64,000 nucleotides of DNA from Bugula neritina (Eukaryota > Animalia > Bryozoa). How positions within the stretch are numbered: the stretch's first letter is position 1; every line of letters starts with the position of its first letter. A model generated the notes under the pieces. The model did not search any database and had not been told where the DNA came from. It saw only the letters and a program-made list of their open reading frames with translations. The DNA lies in contig OZ037769.1 in NCBI GenBank assembly GCA_964035545.1, positions 7,669,929 through 7,733,928 on the forward strand, given 5' to 3'. The position numbers and the translations under genes were made by a program. Of the stretch, positions 27,801 to 37,305 are shown in pieces.

Positions 27801-28121
27801 CTACAGAGTCTCGTTAGCAGGCAGAGGTATGTGCTACAGTCTACATGCTACTCTATTCAAATGGCATACATGTCATAAAGCAGACAGCATTTCATATTCA
27901 AAGACATCTCATGTACTTAACAGAGCTTCTTGTGTCTCTTTAGCTTGAATTCTGACGAAATCACGGTGTTGCAACAAATAGTTGGGAGTTTTCAAGATGT
28001 GGAGGATAGAATTTCTAAATTATTTGATGTTTGTGAAGAAGAAATGGTTAAAGTTATGAGTGATCTTGAGCACAATTCCATATCCCCTGAAGAAGGTGAA
28101 AGGAATCCAACTCTAGCATAA
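15846..28121 (+). CDS. Uncharacterised protein of about 510 aa. Exons 15846-15963, 24015-24164, 24458-24645, 24899-25031, 25193-25302, 25611-25783, 26119-26219, 26648-26725, 27209-27396, 27711-27826, 27944-28121
   Basis: Eleven GT-AG exons join with matching phases into one 1533-nt ORF. In-frame TGA two codons before the ATG; AATAAA near 28212. No family recognised. Confidence 0.75.
16350..16654 (+). repeat. 5' LTR (305 bp)
   Basis: Matches 23489-23793 except T16551 versus G23690. Confidence 0.98.
16656..16673 (+). promoter_or_regulatory. Primer binding site, tRNA-Leu type
   Basis: TGGTGGCAGCAGTGGGAT, 1 nt after the LTR; complementary to the 3' end of tRNA-Leu(AAG/TAG)-type tRNAs. Confidence 0.85.
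16688..17554 (+). CDS. gag: Gag (288 aa)
   Basis: First ORF after the PBS; retrotransposon capsid-like KAPTFTG...FIQEF...W...L...L.ARFG. Confidence 0.9.
   Translation: METENARMQPPPVEGERRNAVNPVNREGEEAYRHCLKAPTFTGSEDVEQFIQEFREVMEVAQWPHRVALIQLRRAVTEQAKPYGVGTDVDGILAALRARFGTSVIDARTKLERLCRTPRTSLQEHAATVKKLAQIAYSDLPAQHQERYTYDAFVQSLNDLGLDHHLRAKGITRIEDALKAGEAYLLAIQMHRAQRNPPVVGVSAARATTGSEALPLEAEVDRMVEMLGQLVTILAGAGPGQALRMPPTSVGQGWSSADQDQGQKGRPQYQGALNCHGPRTHSLPAGRN
17455..22128 (+). CDS. pol: Pol polyprotein (protease, RT, RNase H, integrase). Frame open from 17455, first ATG 17728; probably made as a gag-pol fusion
   Basis: LLDSG protease, YLDD RT, DTDAS...TDH RNase H, HHCC plus D-D-E integrase, GPY motif; no stops or frameshifts. 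Confidence 0.97.
17503..17560 (+). promoter_or_regulatory. -1 programmed ribosomal frameshift signal (gag-pol)
   Basis: G_TTA_AAC in the gag frame, 5-nt spacer, then a 10-bp GC stem (17515-17524/17538-17547). The pol frame is -1 and open from 17455. Confidence 0.8.
22146..23219 (+). CDS. Retrotransposon ORF3: zinc-finger/coiled-coil protein, not env (357 aa)
   Basis: Intact ORF between pol and the 3' LTR. CNLC-x12-H-x3-H and CPC-x12-H-x5-C fingers, acidic N-terminus, RKRHR, C-terminal heptads; no signal peptide or TM segment. Confidence 0.85.
   Translation: METGSMPVNSELIQQIESELLGTTFHVNDDEDTVMADGLLDLELDTVLGQSTHDSSVPRVHSKSCDSQASNGRQSLELGCKDPPRSNTNSTFVDTLAPVSPGMPSLEMAWDSEPAPTTSTTRQLPPQLEATFNWITPATEREIRTHQGGEGNRECNLCQQRFTTHRRLKVHLPQHYITTFCPCGEYSYNRDYLLRHQRTMQCYQGHVYEVDESSYPAFLNAIKPLITDSARLSRLEQGFPSPRPIISGAADKPTQSTNSPPHSPIRMPHTFPRVVLQRVDTNAYTLPPPLPSSERKRHRQPTSSRSSPWARNLREVEARAHDLEQEVYRLAPRVQAASSELKYLQESIKRMKRAARS
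23478..23488 (+). promoter_or_regulatory. Polypurine tract
   Basis: GGAGGGGGCAG directly before the 3' LTR. Confidence 0.85.
23489..23793 (+). repeat. 3' LTR (305 bp)
   Basis: TG...CA, followed by the TSD TTAT. Confidence 0.98.
25320..25448. repeat. 16-bp minisatellite (CACTTGGTGGGTKAGT)n
   Basis: About 8 tandem copies just after the exon-5 donor of the uncharacterised gene. Confidence 0.9.
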
Positions 28122-28608
28122 GGGCAATGCTGTGCTGAATGCCAGATTATAATATTCCTCAAAATTTTACCAAACTATTTTGAGATCCAAGATTCCAAAA
28201 AATGCTTGTTTGAATAAAAACAAAACACTGTTATTTTTAACAAAATGTGTAACTTTACATCTAAAATATGTTTATTAGATATAAAGAAAGTTCTATACAT
28301 AAAATAATCTACATGTTACCGCAAAGTATAAACATTAAATTATATAATTCTAAAAATGCCTCAATAAAATATTTTTTCATGTAATTATTAAACTCATTTT
28401 TCCAAACTTCATTTCAATAACATGAAGCATAATTTCAGTCTAATTCTCTCAAGGAAACGTACTGGAACTCGTCTCACAGGCAGCTGGTCAAAAGTCTACA
28501 CGATCAGTAAACAACTTATACAGAAGTACTACAGTTCTGCTACTAGTTAGCAAATAGGCAGTGGAAAAGTAAATAGCTTTTTAATGGCTTTTCACTTTAG
28601 TAGAAAGA

Positions 28609-29793
28609 TTATATGATCTGATCAGAATCCACGCTGCCATAGTTAATTCGACCAGCTCTTTCAAATAAGTGGTTATTCTCTACACAATCCATTTCTTCTT
28701 CATCTTTTATGGTCAAATATTTGTGTGACTTGAAGAATTCTCTCCTGCTCATTATATAGGTGATTATAAAATCACATATCACTTGGGCTACAACTAAAAT
28801 AGCTAGACTAGATCCCAAATTGTACAGTGTTTCTATTATATCAAACTTCCTTGCCTCAGCATCGACAAGGACAACAAATAAGATTCCATAAGCTTTAATT
28901 AGTTGCCTCTCAGCATGGTTACCAACAAAATAATTATTTGTGTAGTAGTAGTTGTATCCACCTGATTCGTCCAGCCGATCAAACGCATATGTGGGGGTAC
29001 AGTCATCAACACTGTAATCTAAATCACAATCCCATTTAATTCGAATAGCTATAACAGCACCTTCTTCTTTGATGTCATTAAAATGTAGAACTGTTGTTTG
29101 CTTTGATAGAGCTTCTTCAACAATAGAGCCAAGCTGAAAGACTGGGCAGAGTTTGTTGGTGTTGGAGTTATATCTACAGTGAGTCAGATCAAAGTGGCTG
29201 CCCTCAACATTGCTCCGCTTGACTTGATATTTTGAAAAGAACACATGATTTTTAATGAGTACTGTAAAATTAGCTACACCTTCCAAGGTTTGATGTGACC
29301 CAGGCATCTCCTCATCACTGATGGTGGGACACCAGGCGAAAATATTACACGTTCTAGCAGTTAAATTGCATGTTCCTTCACTTACCCCATTTCCCAAGGG
29401 AAATGTCCTACCAGCAGGCAGGCAGTCAGAATCATGGTTACACCTGGCAGCCTTCACAGAACTGTCTTCTGCACAAATAGATTGAATTTGGTGATTGGTT
29501 ACTACCACTTTTGTGGAGGCAAAGAACTGCTTATTTTCCTTTGCTGGTACCACAACATCTTCAACATCCCAAACGCGACTGTTGGTTAGAGAGACTCCTG
29601 TCAAGCTAGTGGTCACACTATATAAACCTCTATCCACTTGCTGATATCCTTTCTGAATGATCATAACCCAGATCACCAAGTAACCCACCACAATAAGCTG
29701 AAGCAACTTATTGATTATTCCAACTTTCTTAGATTTGATGCTAACAATTTTATTCGTTTGGTAATCAAAGAGGACAGATAGTACACTTTCCAT
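28609..29793 (-). CDS. P2X purinoceptor-like channel, intronless, 394 aa
   Basis: YxTxK N-terminal motif, two TM helices, 10 ectodomain Cys, NFTVLIKN, LCPVFQLG, WDCDLD, LIKAYGI. Confidence 0.93.
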   Translation of the reverse strand: MESVLSVLFDYQTNKIVSIKSKKVGIINKLLQLIVVGYLVIWVMIIQKGYQQVDRGLYSVTTSLTGVSLTNSRVWDVEDVVVPAKENKQFFASTKVVVTNHQIQSICAEDSSVKAARCNHDSDCLPAGRTFPLGNGVSEGTCNLTARTCNIFAWCPTISDEEMPGSHQTLEGVANFTVLIKNHVFFSKYQVKRSNVEGSHFDLTHCRYNSNTNKLCPVFQLGSIVEEALSKQTTVLHFNDIKEEGAVIAIRIKWDCDLDYSVDDCTPTYAFDRLDESGGYNYYYTNNYFVGNHAERQLIKAYGILFVVLVDAEARKFDIIETLYNLGSSLAILVVAQVICDFIITYIMSRREFFKSHKYLTIKDEEEMDCVENNHLFERAGRINYGSVDSDQII

Positions 29794-30338
29794 TGCAGTT
29801 GTTACATGGCATGCAACTCACAACCTTAGCTCTTGACTAGATAACTTTATTGATGTGTCGTGATTATTTTCTTTTGCTTGTTTGATTAGTTATCAAGTGA
29901 AGATAAAGTGGGCAGTACACCGAAAAATGTGGAGTAGATAACCCCAAGTGAAATATTGACAATGGTGTTAGTACAATAGTAGCCAAGCACCAGAAGTTAT
30001 AGAGCTATTTAATCTCATAATGGAGGAATCTCGGCTTTGTCACAACAATCATAGTACTGGGAGGAAATGCCATAAAGTAGATAATATTCAAAGTACTAGC
30101 AATAATACAAACAGGAGTCAAGAGTAGCAGGCAGCCCATCACTGTTATCATTCAGAAGTTCATTGTAACTAAATAAGCTTTACGGGATCGAAATAGTCTG
30201 CCCTCTAGCATTATCTATTAGAGTATTATGGTGTAGTAGGAGCAACTAGCAGTAGTAATAACAGCAGTAGAGAGCTGAAACTATTAAATTAGTTCAGTTA
30301 GTTGGGTAGTTAGAAGAAAGGATGATGAGATCATTAGA

Positions 30339-30411
30339 CTGTTTAGGCATACTTCACCACATTCCATATCAAAATCAATAGTACGGAACGTAATGAAGCA
30401 TGTCAGCACAG
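30339..30411 (-). ncRNA. mir-1: miR-1 family precursor C; predicted mature UGGAAUGUGGUGAAGUAUGCCU (30366-30345)
   Basis: miR-1 seed and AAGUAUG 3' part on the 3' arm; 5' arm ACAUGCUUCAUUACGUUCCGUA pairs along its length. Confidence 0.85.
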
Positions 30412-30469
30412 CCCTTTCCTAGTGCTCACTACCAGTGTATCCAACTCATTCTGGTGAAGAGAAACATCC

Positions 30470-30545
30470 CAATTACTAGGCGTACTTATCCACATTCCAT
30501 ATGATGGTACACTATGATACTGTGAAGAAATACGTCCAGTATTAG
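30470..30545 (-). ncRNA. mir-1: miR-1 family precursor B; predicted mature UGGAAUGUGGAUAAGUACGCCU (30499-30478)
   Basis: miR-1 seed on the 3' arm; 5' arm ACGUAUUUCUUCACAGUAUCAUA and a basal stem pair with it. Confidence 0.8.
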
Positions 30546-31153
30546 TCTGTATTTAGGCAACCCGAGTTTATACACTTTATAATAAAATAGACCAATTAAA
30601 CAATTTAGAATCCCCAGCAATACTAAATGATGCCACACAACCATGGTGGTTTTACAGTACAGCAACCATCACAATATCACTACCATCATGCTACCTAAAA
30701 AGTGTTAGAAGCAGCAAACACAAAACAAGCATACTACAGCATCACATAACAAATCTCCAAAATGACTTTGACACGGGCTCATACACATTTATCTGACAAA
30801 ATTTTACAAGGAAAATTCCACCGTCAAAGTAGATGCAGTAGGTGGGGATAAATTTCTTTAGCACTAAAGGAAGCCAATCAACTTGATACCTTCAAGCTTA
30901 GTATAGTCAGTAGTGAATAACAACTCAGTGGCTCCCAGAGAATGGCGTGACCTTATACCACAAAAGGTTAAAAAGCACATAAAAACTAACAAAAGAGGTA
31001 ACCGCTGCTATATTAGTTGACCTGTAGTGGTAGAAAAGAGTAAGAAAATGGCGACTAGTAGCTGAAAGGTAACCAACCTGTCTTGAAGAATTTCCTGCAT
31101 TGCATTGTATCTTACTGACCTGCAGCTGACTTAGATTTCTGATGCTTAGAGTG

Positions 31154-31233
31154 TCACCACAATATCATACTTCAATACATTCCATAAAACATCCAATATT
31201 ATGGGATTGTAATCAAGTATGGTGTAGTAGCAA
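31154..31233 (-). ncRNA. mir-1: miR-1 family precursor A; predicted mature UGGAAUGUAUUGAAGUAUGAUA (31184-31163)
   Basis: Closest to canonical miR-1; star arm CCAUACUUGAUUACAAUCCCAUA resembles miR-1-5p. Confidence 0.88.
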
Positions 31234-34200
31234 CCAGTATTCAAACTTCTGCTTTGCGAATTCACAGCAACAACTAGTGTAAGGTTGAATAAATCCTTTC
31301 TTCCTACTAATTCAACTAGAATTTTAATACCCATGTATTCTTCACACAAAGACAACAATATTATAATGTGCCTGTACATGTAATTCTACAATAAATTATC
31401 AAAAAATCAATAATAGTGCAGCTACTTTTAGGCAATTACATGCCTCCCAGAAATGGTTGATAATCATCACAAAACATTCAAGGGCCCTTATATTCAATAC
31501 TAAGAAGTAAAAGTAGAAAAAGGACCTTCTGTTCTATTAAATCTTACATAGTCACATGGTAGGGCAATGATGAGCATTTACTTGATCGATCACGCAGGAC
31601 AATTAGATTAAGGACAAGTCATTGTATAGCAGTGCACAAGTGTGTAGGACTCCCACCCCCTCTAATATGTCAGTTTTATCCACTTTACTTTTATAGTTTT
31701 GAAGAGCTGACCATTAAAATTAGAAAGCTGAGCACACCTCAGAATTATACTAAACAACCTGCTGATGCATATGAGTAGTAAAATGTGAAGCTAGGGATAC
31801 TAGACAACAAATGTTAGAACATATATTCATAAAGACACATACACATAATATACACAACTCTAATTGTGTACAGTTACAGTGAAGTATAATCTAATAGATT
31901 CCACAGAGCATTCACCAGTATTTCAAGTGGGTTGTCTATTAAAATTCACAGAAACTAATGATTACATGACAAACCTACAGTCAAGTTGAATGAAATGTAT
32001 GCATAAAACTGAGGACCATGCATGAGATTATTCTCAACCAGTGAAAAACACAGGTCATCATACGTATCATTCAAAGTATCATTCAAATTTTAACTTTGCG
32101 CTTGATTGTATGCAAAATATCTTATACTTAGACTGAGGTTTGAACTTGAAGGTCATAAACACCAACATCAGAGAATTTACATTTAGGAGCAATAGTGGAG
32201 AAATTGAGATAGCTTAAGTTCTTTAAATTTCTTGAAAAATTTTGGTATGGGGCAAGGGTTGAAATTCTTCCAAGAACATAACTCCTTTCACTACATTTCT
32301 AATCTAGAACACAGGCTGTTCTCAACTTCTCCATTATGCACCGACTTCAAAATTCATTTACCAACCCCACTTTAAAAGTTACACGTAATACAGTTAATTT
32401 TCAATTATATGGCCCACCCCTGCTAGATCCTATATGAATATCATCAAATGGGTGTATTTAGGACACCTAAAGAGGAACATTTTGGAAAAAAACTTTATTT
32501 TTTTATCTGTACCATATATTTACTTTCAAAACTGTTGAATACAAAGCACATTTATTATACTTAACTGACAACTTTACCTATAGATAATTGAGTAAAAAAC
32601 AATACCTGTATTCCACATTATCATTAAGTGATTATAAATGGCAAATCTCGGAATGGTAAATAGTAATATACTTCTGATTTTGGGTAGCTAGTAATTAGAA
32701 AGGGAGACATCTCTCAAGCTACCTAAAAAAGTAAATGTATTTGTTAGACTCCAGGTTTTTCCAAAAAACAATTTTCAAAGATTGATCCGAAAGCTGATTG
32801 CTGAGTGTTGATTATTCCATTGTCATAACTATGATACAAAATATATTAACAATATGAATATCAATAAAAATTATAATACAAATACACTTAGTATTGCAGC
32901 AATGTTTCAAAACTGAAATACATAGGCAAACACTAAAAGTAAATATAAATTCAAATACTTGTACTTCCGGAGAATGAGAATATCAGCACATCAAGTTCAA
33001 CACCTAAGCCTAAGGTGAACAAAAATTCTAGCTATATATTAATAATTTCCTTCAATATAGCTAATTTTAAAACTAAATATAGTTATATCAACAGTAATAG
33101 TAATACCAGTTGAAGTTAATACTCAACTGAAAATAGCCATAGCGTATTGAAATTATTATAATTATATTTAATATTTATACTTTATATTTTAACGAATAGT
33201 AATAGTAAAACTAAGGTCAATGTAAATGTGTACATCACCATCATGATCAACTTGCTATAACATGAACTATAATACTAACTCTACAGCAAATATCAAACTA
33301 TAAGTAAATCAAAATGAAATGCTAATACTAATAAAATGATGAACTCATAGAGATAGTCATTATCATTACGATTATAATATCAATTATATAATATCAATAT
33401 GCCTCGTTTATGCTGGATTTTGGTATAATTATTACTATAATGAAACATTTTATGTATGAACATTGTTATTCTCAATAAAACGAGAATTTAATTGTTTGCT
33501 TATGCTTGCTGCAACTAACCTTGTTAAAATCCGCTTAAAGGTAACAAGCTTGAGCTGATAACTAGCTGTACACCTACAGCAAGCAACTGCTGCTGGTGAA
33601 ATGAATGAAAGGTCAGCATTACAAGCAGTATCTTCTGTTTGACCTTATAAACCGAGTTTATATTTCACATACAATACAAGCGCGTGCTGCAACACACTGT
33701 ATACCAACGGTTAGTATTAATTGTATGTACTAGCAGCAGATGTACTGCGAACAATTACTCCGCCTAAAATCCATTTCAATTAACAGCCATGATAATACCG
33801 ACAAAAGTAAGACTATCACTAAAGACTGACAGCAACAGAGGGAGTAATCATTTCACGCAATGGACAATAATTACAAGTAGAGAAGTTGCTAAAATGATAT
33901 AATCTTGGATTGAAGCACAGGACCAGGATGCATGGTAACATATAATAAATTAGTGAAATTATCATAATAGAGAAAGACAGCCCGAGAAAAAAAACAATAA
34001 GAACAGAGATTAGGAAAAAAATTATTATATATCTGCAACTTTCAAATAAAATGCACTTCAAATTTTTGACTTCAACAGCAGACAACTTCTTAAGTAAAAG
34101 CTGCACTAACTTTGGGTTCTTTATAATATAACAATATTATATGTATCTACTTTGTATTTTCATGAATTGCCTTAAAATACTGCTCAACAGATACAAAAAC

Positions 34201-36239
34201 AACATTATAGATATTCAACTTCTATACCCATAAATTTATAGATTGCACCTAAATAGTGCCAGAGCTAACACTGTTTGCTTGCCATAAGCTGTCTATTATC
34301 AATTTGAAATTGATTAATTATCTATTTCATTTCAAAGATCCTGACTTAGTTGCAACAACAGAGCCTAGTCTCTGTACCATATAATTTTCCCCAGTTTTTC
34401 CTGGAATAAGTTGAAGCCAGAATTTGAGTACATTACACAGATCTTTCATCTAACCTAGCATAAATTGTTATTCCAATTCTAACCAATTTTCATTTCACAA
34501 GGATAACAAAAGGGCACAATTCACAATAACAAATGCATCAACCAACAGCTAGCCGTCTGCTGAAATCAGATACCTGGCACAGCTTGTCTTCCAGTATGAC
34601 CATTTATGGAATATGTTAATTACTTTAGCATTTCAGTGCTAATTGTTGACCTAATTATGCCTGACTCGATAGACATTAGGGAGTTATTAACTAATCAAAA
34701 TCACATGACTGATGCAGTATAATTGCTCTCATTTTAGAGCAATACACTATAGATTTATTTATTTTATTACAGATGAGTGTTGCATTCAGTAATTAAAGCT
34801 AAGCAAAACTACATGTAGCAAAACCTTGTTGGAAGGGAACAATCTATAGTCGCAAAACTTGTCAAAGGCTGCGTGACTGGTATACACGCCATTCAACCAA
34901 TAAGCTAGCCGAATTCTGAACCTATTATATTATGCTTTGAGATGGAGCATTGTCCTCCATTAACTCTGTATGTTTCACAATAAGGTATCATCTGCCAGAT
35001 ATATTTCCTAAAACCAAGTGCACCACCAGTTTTCTTGTAGCCAGGCTCAATAAAATGATAGAAAGTTAAGCAAGCTCATACGAACTTAAATGAAAACTGA
35101 AACATTAAGTTGAACAACTTATAGCAATTTTCAGCTTTTAGTAAGAACAGTGAGTAGGCGTATGTGCACATACATACGTATGTTATAATATACATACGTT
35201 AGTCTCCGTATCAGTACGTATTTACATGCATATACACGTGCATATAATGAGTACCCATGTGCATTTATGTGTATATATCTGCGAGATTACATGTAATAAT
35301 AATACTAATACTAATAACACAAACAACTATGAATTAATACCATCATTAATGAAGTATTAATAATAATTATTATATTTACTTTGCTTTATATTTATCATCA
35401 TAATGAACTACGATTATAATAAACCAAAACATAGCTATAAGTATAGCAAATTAGAAATACTTATAGTTATAAGTTATAAGCTATGCCCATAAGTATATAG
35501 CTATAGCCTATAGCTTAAAACTGCAACTTAGTTTTATAAGTTGAAGTTTTAAGGGTATCTCACTATAACCATTAGTATTACTATTACTATTAGCGTTATA
35601 GTGTTATTATTAGTATTAGTATTACTATTAGTATTAGCATTAATAAATACAATGTTAATTATAAATAATAATTACAAATACTAAATTTAAAAATGTTGAT
35701 CAATCTTACTAACTTTTACAGTTTTAGTGTCTTAATCTAACATTGAACATGTTGCTTTTCTAATTGATATTGATAATGATTTAGTTTTAGTCTAAGTTCA
35801 ACTTGAAAATTATAATTATTTTATCTCCATTTAGTTATTGATATATCATACTGATATTGCTATCTTCAATTTCATATTCATATTGATATTCAATTCTAAA
35901 ATTATATAAACTTAAATACCATACTTAGTAACTTAGTAGTGCTACTGCTACTAGGTAATAATTATCATTAGTATTAATAATATAATAATTATGCTTTAAT
36001 GTTTAGTGATACAGTAATTCAACAATTGTAAAACTAAATCAAAATGGAATTAAAAAAATAGTTTTTATTTTAATTTAATTTTACTTTTAGACATTTGTTG
36101 GTGGAAAACAAGTCGCCAAAGAATTTATTTGCTTATATAATGAGCTTTCATGATTAATAAACAATAAAGCCACTGTAGGATTAGGAAAACATTGTCCGCC
36201 TATAAATCTAATGTCCGGTGGTATAACCAGGAGCAAATG

Positions 36240-36420
36240 ACGCAGTATATCAATGTCTAGGAACCGTCTGCAACACAGAACATCAACATGGCGTAATCAC
36301 GTGGTATGCATTTCGCGAGATTCTAGACGAAACCCTAGTGAAACTTCTAGTAGGCACAATTTAAAAGAGGAAAAATAACTCTATAGCTAAAGCGGATGAA
36401 AGCGCTTGAAGTTGTCTTTT
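36240..36420. promoter_or_regulatory. Candidate core promoter with no assigned gene
   Basis: CAACATGGCG (YY1-like, 36284), CACGTG (36298) and TTTCGCGAGA (36311) cluster in a CpG-containing patch. Confidence 0.35.
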
Positions 36421-36752
36421 CTACAAACGCGCTGCAAACACTGTATATTATATTGTACTATATTATTACATTAACATCCTATTAATATTATTATATTATA
36501 TTCATTTTGACAGAAATAAAGAAATATTCACTTTCACATTTCAATCTCTAGCGCCTTTGGAACTGTAAATATAAATCAAATATACCTAGGTTTGAAAACT
36601 TTGAATATATGCAACTTATTGTACTTTGCATAACTTCAAGTTTTGACTATAGTAAGTATAGTTCAGCTTATAGACTATAGCTACTGCTTTTGTAAATAAC
36701 ATATAAATATATGCAGATCATATCGTATAAAATTTACGCTGCATCAGCAAAA

Positions 36753-37305
36753 GGTGTCATCCCAGATAGACGCTTCCCAGATAGACGCTTCCCAGATAGA
36801 CGCTTCCCAGTTAGACGCTAGGCTAAATTTTCCATTTAGACGCTTCCCAGTTAGACGCTATTTATTTATTTTAGTACAATATAATTATATATATTGCATG
36901 TGCAATTTATTTGAATATTATTGAAATATATTATGTATATTTAAATAAATTTGAATCAATTGTTTTCTATTTAGCACATAAATAAATTCCTTTGATCTGC
37001 TTTAACTTATTAATTTTGCATTTTCTATGCTTCTTGTTGTTTAAAAAAACTAATATTTCAATAACAAGTATTCATTAAAGGTGTCTGTTATTAATATATT
37101 ACTGTTTTTTCCATGCAAATTCATGAAAATTGGAATATTATTCCAGATAATTAACATCGACTATTATTTCATATAAAGTAATCAATACAACATGTACAGT
37201 TATATAATATGTATATATAGGTATATTACTACATATATCACACCAAAATAAATAGCATATAACTGTGAAGCGTCTAAGTGGGAAACGTCCAAGTGGGATG
37301 AAACC
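36753..37305. mobile_element. Non-autonomous DNA transposon (MITE) with subterminal 15-bp repeats
   Basis: TIR GGTGTCATCCCA / TGGGATGAAACC; (CCCAGATAGACGCTT)n at left and inverted at right; flanks CAGCAAAA / TAGCAAAA. Confidence 0.75.

Larger units (their letters stand above)
30275..33800 (-). ncRNA. Putative spliced pri-miRNA host transcript or P2X 5' leader
   Basis: Minus-strand donors near 33519, 32545 and 31077; acceptors near 32723, 30694 and 30275; no coding frame. Confidence 0.35.

Noticed and set aside
30115-30215. Possible fourth hairpin near the miR-1 cluster
   Set aside because: Pairing is weak and interrupted; no known seed
30487-30645. 52-codon minus-strand ORF (MVVWHHLV...)
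   Set aside because: Overlaps miR-1 hairpin B; no homology or coding support
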